From positions 843 to 64,842 of the forward strand of contig CAXAGT010000002.1 of assembly GCA_963968885.1 (NCBI GenBank): a stretch of DNA of 64,000 bases, read 5' to 3'. The translations under genes and the position numbers were made by a program. Source of the DNA: an uncultured Candidatus Poseidoniales archaeon (GTDB lineage: Archaea; Thermoplasmatota; Poseidoniia; Poseidoniales; Poseidoniaceae). Positions 37,419 to 45,888 of the stretch are shown one piece after another; position 1 is the stretch's first letter; every line of letters starts with the position of its first letter. The notes beneath the pieces are model-generated. The model worked only from the letters and a program-made list of their open reading frames with translations. It was not told the DNA's origin and did not search any database.

Positions 37419-38300
37419 TTATCTTGCCTTTTTTGGCAGTTTTTCAGCCAAAAACTTGGAAAAATCTTCCTCCCCATCCCAATCCTGCAAATGTAGGTCA
37501 ATTCGGGCTTTATCTCTGGTTTCTTCATAATCACCCCATCTTTCTAATAGTCCCAAACGGTATCCCATTCTAGCAGAATGCCCCGGTAGAATTACTCTCC
37601 AAATCATGGGGATTTTTATTGGAGAAACCTCATTGATGAGTTTCCTAAGGATTGTTGAGCAAGAATTCGTTAATGAGTGGTAAAAGACTGGCTTATCATG
37701 CAAACTCTGCATTTCTCTAGCGAAGGAAAGTAAGAATGTTTTCTCCCTCCTTTTCGAAGTGACTGTTCTATACCTATGAACTTGATTTCCTCTTTTGAAA
37801 GCTCTAATTCCAAGTAAGTCTTTTTCAGTCCCCATCACAAGATACATCTCATAAGCCCTCCACATGCCATGCCAAGGATGATACGTATCATCTATCGTTC
37901 TGCGGGCTTCAAAGGAGAAAGAAAAACAACGACCATCATCAAACTCGAAAGACAACATAAGATGAGCCACTCCTTTCATCCAAAAGAAGTGATCAACAAC
38001 GAACCAGACATCCTTGATTTCATTGACATTAACAGTGACGTTCTCAAGCCACTTTGGTTCCTTTTCTTTGTCTTTGTGCCAAGTATAATCACGAACATGA
38101 GAAAAGGTGATATCTCCGCTTTCTTCATTGATGACAACGCTAGATTGATGGAGGCAATAATCATTCCAAGGCTTTGTTAGAGATGCAGTTTTTTTCCTCC
38201 AAACCATGAAGAACATCACAAGCCTTATGCCAATGTAAAGGAAAATCGGGGCAATGAAAACCCAAATTAAATTGGGCAGACTTGAGAGTGACACTTCCAC
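37419..38300 (-). CDS. Membrane-anchored DUF4105-like protein
   Basis: N-terminal TM segment (LIWVFIAPIFLYIGIRLVMFFMV). The conserved-looking core ends in YHSLTNSCSTIL, which resembles the Y..l.nNC.t signature I recall for DUF4105. Low certainty. Confidence 0.5.
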   Translation of the reverse strand: MEVSLSSLPNLIWVFIAPIFLYIGIRLVMFFMVWRKKTASLTKPWNDYCLHQSSVVINEESGDITFSHVRDYTWHKDKEKEPKWLENVTVNVNEIKDVWFVVDHFFWMKGVAHLMLSFEFDDGRCFSFSFEARRTIDDTYHPWHGMWRAYEMYLVMGTEKDLLGIRAFKRGNQVHRYRTVTSKRREKTFLLSFAREMQSLHDKPVFYHSLTNSCSTILRKLINEVSPIKIPMIWRVILPGHSARMGYRLGLLERWGDYEETRDKARIDLHLQDWDGEEDFSKFLAEKLPKKAR

Positions 38301-38368
38301 GACCTCTCCTGTACGAACAGCAAAATAACCTTTTCAAGAATCTGAAAGGAATCAGACCAATATGTAAA

Positions 38369-39634
38369 TTAAGATTTTAGCACTGATTTGAAGACTGCTT
38401 CGTAATCCTCGGCATTGTGCTCATAAGTATATTTTGATAGGACTCTCTGCCTACCTTTTTCTGCTTTTTCAATCATAGACTTTCGATCACTTAGCGCACG
38501 CAAAACCGCTTCAGCAAGAGACTTTTCGTTTCCTCTCTCAAACAAATCACCGACTGTTTCGTCAATCATCTCTGTCAGAGGCGGTTGATTTACCGTCACT
38601 ACTGGGGTGCCGCTGGCTAAAGATTCCAGTGGGATAAGTCCTTGACCTTCATAAAATGAGGGATATACTACCAAATCAGCGCTTCTGAAATGTTGTGCTA
38701 ATTCTTCAAAAGACATTCCAGGAATAATCCATACTGCATGACTCACTCCAAGTTTTTCTGCTTGTTTGAGCAGGGTCTTGCGCATGTGACCCCTACCTAC
38801 AATACACAACCTAGCATTTGGTTGATTTTCTAGGATATGAGGCAAGCTCTTCAGCAGGGTTTTGTAGCCTTTCCTTGCAACAAGCCTTCCTACCGCTAAC
38901 AGCAGAGGAGTTTCTGTGTTAACATCCCCGTTTAATGCAAGTTCATCTGCAGCATCATAGCGTTTTCTAACTGCTTCGTGAGCAAGTTGTTCTTCTTCAT
39001 CGTCTTGATTTTTAGGTCTGAAAACTAAGTGATCAACCCCCCAAAGATGAGTAAATACGTTCCAATCCTGAGGTGGTTTGTACCATCGCTTGAATTCTCC
39101 GACAGTAGAGTCTGAATTCGATACACATGCAGCAGATTTCTCTATTCCAAATTGCTCATATCTTGAGTAATATCCACCGGTGGTTAAAATTGCCAAGTCA
39201 TTTGGGTTTTTCCAGGTAGCTGCTTCCTTGTGCTTTGCTGCGAGTTTCATTCCCTCTCTTTCTCCTATCCATGATCCATTTAAGCTCGAGACTACAGGTG
39301 CTATATTCCTCTGTATCTCATCATATTCTTTCCTCTTCCAAGAAACTAGAGGCAGCATAACCAAAATGACGTCGATTTTCTTTTTTTCATGGATTTTGTA
39401 TAATGCCTTTATCGAATGTTTGCCATATGATCTTGTGAAAGCCATTGGAGCCTTTAGCCACTTAACATCCACCACTTCTACACCATCTTGGGAAGGGGCT
39501 TTTTGTTCGTGTTTTCTTGTGATGATAGTAATTTCATGGTCCAATTTGACCAAATGCCCTGCTAAGTGGAAAACCACAGAACCAATACCACCCCAACGTG
39601 GAGGGTATTCGCCGCAAACAATAGCGATGTGCAC
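38369..39634 (-). CDS. Glycosyltransferase, GT4 (group 1) family
   Basis: MHIAIVCGEYPPRWGGIGSVV at the N-terminus and EGQGLIPLESLASGTPVV (E-x7-E) in the C-terminal domain. Confidence 0.88.
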   Translation of the reverse strand: MHIAIVCGEYPPRWGGIGSVVFHLAGHLVKLDHEITIITRKHEQKAPSQDGVEVVDVKWLKAPMAFTRSYGKHSIKALYKIHEKKKIDVILVMLPLVSWKRKEYDEIQRNIAPVVSSLNGSWIGEREGMKLAAKHKEAATWKNPNDLAILTTGGYYSRYEQFGIEKSAACVSNSDSTVGEFKRWYKPPQDWNVFTHLWGVDHLVFRPKNQDDEEEQLAHEAVRKRYDAADELALNGDVNTETPLLLAVGRLVARKGYKTLLKSLPHILENQPNARLCIVGRGHMRKTLLKQAEKLGVSHAVWIIPGMSFEELAQHFRSADLVVYPSFYEGQGLIPLESLASGTPVVTVNQPPLTEMIDETVGDLFERGNEKSLAEAVLRALSDRKSMIEKAEKGRQRVLSKYTYEHNAEDYEAVFKSVLKS

Positions 39635-39737
39635 AGACTACCCGGTTTGATACTCTGTGATGAATTAATCGCAGAAAAAACAAATTTATCCTCCTGAAAA
39701 TGCTTAATTTATCTAATCCAAGCAGGAAATAGTTGAA

Positions 39738-40535
39738 GTGAGAACGAGATTTGGAACTACTATGACCGATGTACTTCCAGTCTCTGTGACTGTAATTCTT
39801 CCTACTAGAAACGAAGAAGAAGCACTTGCAGACACTGTAGATGCTATCCCCCGGGACTGGTGTGAAGATTTGGAAATAATGATAGTCGATGGAAGTTCCA
39901 CTGACAAGACTAGAGAAATTGCATTGGAAAAAAATATACGCGTCCATCTTGAACCTAGAAAGGGGTATGGCAGGGCTTACAGAACTGGTTTTGTTGTGGC
40001 AAAAAATGACATTATAGTCACCATGGACGCAGATTGCACCTATCCTGCTGAATTAGTCCCAAAACTCGTTAAGAAACTTATTGATGATAATTTAGATTTT
40101 ATCACCTGCGATAGGTTGACTTTAGCGGAAGAAGGTTCAATGTCCGGAATTCATGGCTTTGGAAATTGGGGGCTCTCATTTACAGCAAGACTGCTTTTCG
40201 GATATGGCATAAAAGATTCACAATCTGGAATGTGGGTTTTTAGAAAATCGATATTTAATGATGAAAACATGAGACCTACAAATGATGGAATGCCTTTGAG
40301 TGAAGAGATCAAAATCCTTGCTAGAAAACACCTTGGCAAAGAAAAAGCAATTGAAATATCAACACCATACAGACCTAGAGTTGGAGAAGCGGAGATTCAC
40401 ACCTGGGGAGATGGTTGGAAGAACTTCAAATTCCTGTACGCGAAGAGATTTGGCATGAACAAAACACTAACTGACTGGGGACCGTTACCAGACAATCCAG
40501 ATTCAACTAACGGGGACCTTCCAGAACAGAAGTAA
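39738..40535 (+). CDS. Glycosyltransferase, GT2 family (dolichyl-phosphate glycosyltransferase-like); likely start ATG at 39762
   Basis: VSVTVILPTRNEEEAL, IVDGSSTDKT and MDADCTYP (DxD). Confidence 0.88.
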   Translation: MRTRFGTTMTDVLPVSVTVILPTRNEEEALADTVDAIPRDWCEDLEIMIVDGSSTDKTREIALEKNIRVHLEPRKGYGRAYRTGFVVAKNDIIVTMDADCTYPAELVPKLVKKLIDDNLDFITCDRLTLAEEGSMSGIHGFGNWGLSFTARLLFGYGIKDSQSGMWVFRKSIFNDENMRPTNDGMPLSEEIKILARKHLGKEKAIEISTPYRPRVGEAEIHTWGDGWKNFKFLYAKRFGMNKTLTDWGPLPDNPDSTNGDLPEQK

Positions 40536-43500
40536 TCAGACATTATCCCAGTCAAACTTGTTAGGGCTTTTAGGCTCTTCATCCAGTTCGTTTGATGATT
40601 CAGCTAGAACCTCTGCTGTAGAATCTACTGCACCTGAGGCTTTCTTAACTTCTACTGGTTTAGTATCACTGGAGAATGCTCCCCAAGATTCTATCTTCTC
40701 CAATTCTATTTTCAGTTTTCTTCTTCTGGAAAAAATCGTATTCAAAGCCAATATCAGAACGATGAATCCAACTCCTGCTAAGATTATGGAAAGATTTGTT
40801 CCGTCTCCAGAATTACCTGAAACTTGTATTGTGTCACTCAGAATATCAACATAAGCATCATCTCCAGTTCCATCGATTGCAGTAATACGAATGAAGGCAG
40901 TTCCGCCTTGATTAGGAACCACAATTATGGAGCCTTCCCAAACTCCATCATCGTCTTCATCAGTCAAATTGAATTCCCAGGACTGAATTGATAAGGTCAG
41001 AGTCGCTGAAACATCTTGCGTAGAACCGTCAGGATCACTCAATTCAATTTTTACGAGTAATGAATTCTCAACTCCTTGCTCAAGAGTCTCTGGAATGATT
41101 TCCAGAGTATCAGAGAGTAGTCTTGGTAAGCTAGATTGAACGGTGAAATTTAGATGCTCTTCATTTGAATTACCTCTAGCATCTTCGACGTAAAGAGAGA
41201 GATGATGTTCTCCGCTGGGGAGGGTTATTTCTTCACTTGAACTTGATGAAAGAACTTCAAAGTTTAATTCAGATAACCATCTTCGCCATTCCCTGATAAC
41301 CATATCTCCATCCGAATCATATGATTCCTCTGATAAAAGAATCAAATCACCTGCAGGGTAGGAGAACCTATTTTCAGGAGATAGAATTGACACCACAGGA
41401 GCAGATTCCACAACATAAACATTAATTTGTTCAACTCTGGTTAAACCCGTTGAATCTGTTGCCTCTACTGTCAAAACATGGTTTCCTGCTGGTAAAGAAA
41501 ACTGACTTATTGTTTGAGGGTTAACATCTGTAAGAAGGGGATCTGTGAGCAAGTTAGAGCGAACAGATAGTGTGAAAGCGTCTCCATCATAATCTATAGA
41601 TTCCATGGCGTCAAAGTATATTTCATCAGCTGAGGTTGTGCTAAATCCTTCAAATGGAGTTGTTAAATTAATTACAGGTGCTGATTCTACAATGGATAAT
41701 TCAACAGAGGATATTACTGGAGAGTTTATTCCATCATCAAGTTCTAAAGAGATCATGTGAGAACCTGCGCTTAGCCTTTCTTCAAAAATCAACCAATCAT
41801 CTCCCTCTGGCGTTAACCTACCGTCCAAGGACGAGGACCAATTAATCTGAAGGTACTCACTTCCAGCATAAGGCTCGACTGGCGCACACCACCAATTTCC
41901 TATCTCAGGGAATGTATCACAGGCAGAATCCCAATCACCAGAACCATTTGCAGAGAATGGTATTAATTCTGAAGAATCAAAAGAGATTAGTCCAGTTGGG
42001 GTAGAAATAACGCTCATTGGAAGAGAATTTTCTACACTGAGGATCCGTGTAACGGAATTGCTTGAATTGATATGTTCCGGTCTCAAATCTGTCACCTTCA
42101 TCTCAATTGTATGAATGCCTCTGGAAAGAGTACCCATCCAAATCAAATCCGTTTGGTTTGTACCACTGTGAAGTAAACCGTCTAAGTTGGAATGCCACTC
42201 GACAGATATTGCATCTCCCTCTGGGTCAAATGTTTGGGAACCATCAAGAGTAACCACACTTTCTGAGAAATTATTGACTCTTTGAATGGTAAATGTTGGG
42301 CTTGGTATTTCATTGTATAGCTCAACATTGTAAGTTACAGTTGTTGCAGGATTTGTTCCATCATCTGCATACAAGGTAAGTTGAAACACTGATGGAACAG
42401 ATTCACTCATCGAGAGATTAAACCATATCAAATCAGGGCAACCCGAAATTGAGATATCCGAAATTGACTGGTACGAAGCCTTCACGTAACATTGCATTGG
42501 ATCGGATTCAGGGTCCATTGTTCCAGTAAAATTAACCAAAACATCAGCAGTTCTAGGTATGATTAACTCGTTCCAAGGATTTGGTGATGGAGTTAGAGTT
42601 GCTGAAATTATTGGCGGAAGATTAGCTAATTCAATCGAGCGGGTTTCGGTTACACATTGAGAATTGGTATCGCAGACTGTTAGGGTAATGTCGTGTACAC
42701 CATCTGATAATGAAATCTGAGAAGATGATGGATCATTGACTGTGAAATTATCTAGATTCGATAGTATCCCATCTATAGATGATACCCAAGAAAATGACAG
42801 CCCATCATCATCCAAATCCCAAGAGCGGCTTGCGTCAAAACTTACCGAGGATTGAGAGGGGAAAATGTCCTCATCAATTGGAGTATCCCAAATCAAGTAT
42901 GGGGGTTGGTTATCTAATGGCAATACACAATTTTCAATCTTATTTGAATCAAGATCAAATTCTGTATAATTTACAACTCCATCATAAGAGCACGATACAT
43001 TCACTGCGTTCCAAACACTTGCGCCCGAAGCCGTCCATTCTCGAGCTATGAAATCACTAGCCACTAAGGTCCCGATTTCATTAGTTCTTTGTGTAAAACT
43101 TGTGTCAAAATCTGAAAATGAAACGTTGACGTAGGCATTTGGCACACCATTAGAGCGGTTATTCAAGACCCAAATTTGCATATCAAAAGCAAGTTGAATC
43201 TTGCTTTGAGAATCTATGATCGCTGAATTCAAATCAACCCTAGACAGGTCAGGAGTCCTCAATCGAAGATTCGATGAATTGCTGACATAAACTGAATTCG
43301 AGAATGAGGAAGAAGAAAAGTTTGCATTGCTTGAATCCACGTAGAATAAGCCGGAACAAGATTCAGTTAACTCAAGTCCTGAACCAACGATATAGCGGTG
43401 GTTTTTCAATATCAAACATACTGTGCCATTTTCGTTTGAAAGTGATAAATCTGAGATAATTGAGGTCACACTGTTTGAAACTAGATTCCTTCCTTCCCAA

Positions 43501-45317
43501 TAGATTCCATTATTCTCTCCATTTACGACTAACCCATCGATTTCACCATCAGCATCTACTACTTCGATAGCATAACCTTCTCCATTCGTTCGGTTTGACC
43601 AAACCTGTGAATCGGTTAGATGAAACATCCCAGGTACACTAGCTAATCCATCAGAATCAACAAAAATTTCCGGGTGGTCTGGAGAATTATCCATAATTAC
43701 AGAATCTTCAATCCAAATGTCAACTGAATCCTCGATAAAAATTCCCGAACCAAGGTTTTCGTAAACAACACAATTCTTGCACTTAACGTCACCAGAATTA
43801 GACTCTACATCATTTGATTCGATGTAAGTCAAACCAGCTAAGTCTTGAGTCAATACCCCAGATTGACCATTCCTAAAGGATGTTAAATTGTGGAATTCAA
43901 CATATCTTGAATCGAATACTTTTGCACCAGATAATGAGTTATTTTCTAATGTCACGTTCTCGACAACTACCGATGCTGAATCAATATTAATTCCTTGCTC
44001 GCCGCTATTTTCTATGTGCCAATTAACTCCTTGAATCGCTCCTCCACTTGTTGCCCTTACACCAGGTCCGTATGAATTTTCGATGTGCAAATCATGGAAG
44101 CTAGGGGCGAAGTAGGACGACCTTACTGCAATCGATGCACTGTGTAATCCACCACTGGTATCACCAGAATCTTTTATCGTAATATTTCTAAAATTCGTTG
44201 TTGAATCGACAAAATATAATCTTACGCCAGCCGCATCAGCCCCATCTATCAGCGTATTTTCAAACCAAGCACCGCTGGCGTTTACCTCGATTGCCGCATA
44301 AGCAATCCCAGGGGTTTTCGCTCCGCTCAAACCTGTTCCTGTGACGGTTAAGTTGGTGAAATCAGCAGATTCATAATTGGTATAATTTGTATGGTTGAGT
44401 TTGTCAACATATACTCCCCTATACATTGAGTTGCTAATATCCATGTCCTTGATCACTGCTCTAGTCCTAACTGAGTCATCGATGTGCCTAACTACTATTC
44501 CTGAATCGGCACGATCTATTGTAATATTCTGCAAAAGAGGGACGGAATCCTCAACCCAAACTCCAGAAACAAATGCCCACGAAGACCCTGTTATGTTGTC
44601 AATTTCGATATCTCTGAACACACCTCCAGAGGATCCCCATATGTTTAGCGCGCTAGTCAAATGATCCGTGAACCTAGCACCGTTAACAATTGGAACTGAA
44701 CCTGCGCCTACTGATAATCCAATTCCATATCTCCAATCACCCTGCCATGGTAGATTCTTACCTGCTGAGTTCACGAATAAATTAGCGATAACGGGATTGG
44801 CTGAATACAGATCTAAACCTACTCTATCTGGATTAATCACGGTCACATTATCCAATTGAGGATTTGAAGAATAAATTGTCATCCCGTAGATCGACTCACC
44901 TATTGTCAAGTTCCTGATAACGCTCCCGCGTTGATTGGATGATTGATTGAATTGAATACCCTCATGATCACTCAATCCTGATGATGTAAGAATAACTGGA
45001 CATGTTTCACTTCCTTGAATAGTCAATCTCCCGTCAACATAGATCCTTTCACCAGATGGGAGTGTTATGTTAGTGCATGGTTGAACGATGATTTCATCCT
45101 GAACTGAGATTGTATATGATGAGGTTAGAGCAACAGTACCCGACCAGGTGGTTTGTGCTCTAGCCGATACCTCGGAAATATTCTCCTGCTCTCTAAGAGT
45201 ATCATGTGGCAGAACATTTACCAGGGTCGTTGAAAAAATCATCAACAGAACCAATCCAAAAGCGATTCCTGTGGATTTATGAGAGTTCTGCATACCTTTA
45301 GCATGAGCCTCTATCAC
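40536..45317 (-). CDS. Giant single-pass surface protein: signal anchor, parallel beta-helix region, multiple PKD/Ig-like domains, TM, 64-aa cytoplasmic tail
   Basis: Residues ~95-690 show ~22-aa periodic N/G/I-V-rich repeats typical of right-handed beta-helices (NLTIGESIYGMTIYSSNP, NVTVINPDRVGLDLYSANP...). PKD-like units include FDASRSWDLDDDGLSFSW...GVHDITLTVCD, LDGSQTFDPEGDAISVEW and FDAMESIDYDGDAF. C-terminal TM segment LSIILAGVGFIVLILALNTIF is followed by SRRRK. Confidence 0.85.
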   Translation of the reverse strand: MIEAHAKGMQNSHKSTGIAFGLVLLMIFSTTLVNVLPHDTLREQENISEVSARAQTTWSGTVALTSSYTISVQDEIIVQPCTNITLPSGERIYVDGRLTIQGSETCPVILTSSGLSDHEGIQFNQSSNQRGSVIRNLTIGESIYGMTIYSSNPQLDNVTVINPDRVGLDLYSANPVIANLFVNSAGKNLPWQGDWRYGIGLSVGAGSVPIVNGARFTDHLTSALNIWGSSGGVFRDIEIDNITGSSWAFVSGVWVEDSVPLLQNITIDRADSGIVVRHIDDSVRTRAVIKDMDISNSMYRGVYVDKLNHTNYTNYESADFTNLTVTGTGLSGAKTPGIAYAAIEVNASGAWFENTLIDGADAAGVRLYFVDSTTNFRNITIKDSGDTSGGLHSASIAVRSSYFAPSFHDLHIENSYGPGVRATSGGAIQGVNWHIENSGEQGINIDSASVVVENVTLENNSLSGAKVFDSRYVEFHNLTSFRNGQSGVLTQDLAGLTYIESNDVESNSGDVKCKNCVVYENLGSGIFIEDSVDIWIEDSVIMDNSPDHPEIFVDSDGLASVPGMFHLTDSQVWSNRTNGEGYAIEVVDADGEIDGLVVNGENNGIYWEGRNLVSNSVTSIISDLSLSNENGTVCLILKNHRYIVGSGLELTESCSGLFYVDSSNANFSSSSFSNSVYVSNSSNLRLRTPDLSRVDLNSAIIDSQSKIQLAFDMQIWVLNNRSNGVPNAYVNVSFSDFDTSFTQRTNEIGTLVASDFIAREWTASGASVWNAVNVSCSYDGVVNYTEFDLDSNKIENCVLPLDNQPPYLIWDTPIDEDIFPSQSSVSFDASRSWDLDDDGLSFSWVSSIDGILSNLDNFTVNDPSSSQISLSDGVHDITLTVCDTNSQCVTETRSIELANLPPIISATLTPSPNPWNELIIPRTADVLVNFTGTMDPESDPMQCYVKASYQSISDISISGCPDLIWFNLSMSESVPSVFQLTLYADDGTNPATTVTYNVELYNEIPSPTFTIQRVNNFSESVVTLDGSQTFDPEGDAISVEWHSNLDGLLHSGTNQTDLIWMGTLSRGIHTIEMKVTDLRPEHINSSNSVTRILSVENSLPMSVISTPTGLISFDSSELIPFSANGSGDWDSACDTFPEIGNWWCAPVEPYAGSEYLQINWSSSLDGRLTPEGDDWLIFEERLSAGSHMISLELDDGINSPVISSVELSIVESAPVINLTTPFEGFSTTSADEIYFDAMESIDYDGDAFTLSVRSNLLTDPLLTDVNPQTISQFSLPAGNHVLTVEATDSTGLTRVEQINVYVVESAPVVSILSPENRFSYPAGDLILLSEESYDSDGDMVIREWRRWLSELNFEVLSSSSSEEITLPSGEHHLSLYVEDARGNSNEEHLNFTVQSSLPRLLSDTLEIIPETLEQGVENSLLVKIELSDPDGSTQDVSATLTLSIQSWEFNLTDEDDDGVWEGSIIVVPNQGGTAFIRITAIDGTGDDAYVDILSDTIQVSGNSGDGTNLSIILAGVGFIVLILALNTIFSRRRKLKIELEKIESWGAFSSDTKPVEVKKASGAVDSTAEVLAESSNELDEEPKSPNKFDWDNV

Positions 45318-45392
45318 TTGAATCCTTCCTGTAGATGAACAATTATCTCTTTGAGATATTCAATATTTTGAGCAACAAGGCATAATACATAG

Positions 45393-45644
45393 GTGACCAT
45401 GGAAGTAATGATGCCAGAAGCATTTGTGTTATTCAAAACCGAACCTCGTTCTGAACGAGAAGTATATCTTAGACTAGTAAACGATGACTCAATTGTAGAA
45501 GTGCATGCGCTATACGGAGAATTTGATTTGCTTGCTAGAGTACATGCTGAAAATTCCAGCATACTTTCAAAGATGTTGATGCAAGATTTTCGAAGAATTT
45601 CAGGGGTAAGAGAAACCCAAACAATGATTGCAGTGGATTACTGA
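45393..45644 (+). CDS. Stand-alone Lrp/AsnC ligand-binding (RAM) domain protein (start probably ATG at 45399-45411)
   Basis: MPEAFVLFKTEPRSEREVYLRLVNDDSIVEVHALYGEFDLLARVHAEN...ISGVRETQTMIAV is the typical ~75-aa RAM fold pattern without an HTH. Confidence 0.8.
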   Translation: MTMEVMMPEAFVLFKTEPRSEREVYLRLVNDDSIVEVHALYGEFDLLARVHAENSSILSKMLMQDFRRISGVRETQTMIAVDY

Positions 45645-45649
45645 GGTGA
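45643..45649 (+). promoter_or_regulatory. Shine-Dalgarno GAGGTGA overlapping the stop of the first RAM gene, 5 nt before the ATG at 45655
   Basis: Sequence CTGAGGTGAGAAAAATGGCT: TGA stop at 45642-45644 and ATG at 45655. Confidence 0.6.
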
Positions 45650-45654
45650 GAAAA

Positions 45655-45888
45655 ATGGCTATTGGATTCGTATTGATTACAACTGAACCTGGAAGAGAAA
45701 AAGATGTTAGGGAAGCGATTGAAAAAATAGAACTGGTCACAAATCAGTGGCTGCTGTTTGGCGCCTACGACTTAATCGCAAGAGTGCAAGCAGATGATGA
45801 AATCACACTAACTCAGTGCATAGTAGAAGAGATAAGAACCACTAAGGGAATAGCTGATACTAAGACCCTGATTGGCGCTGAACTTTAA
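45655..45888 (+). CDS. Stand-alone Lrp/AsnC ligand-binding (RAM) domain protein, paralog of the upstream gene
   Basis: MAIGFVLITTEPGREKDVREAIEKIELVTNQWLLFGAYDLIARVQADD...TKGIADTKTLIGA. I chose the start at Met10 of the track ORF because of the SD element. Confidence 0.8.
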   Translation: MAIGFVLITTEPGREKDVREAIEKIELVTNQWLLFGAYDLIARVQADDEITLTQCIVEEIRTTKGIADTKTLIGAEL

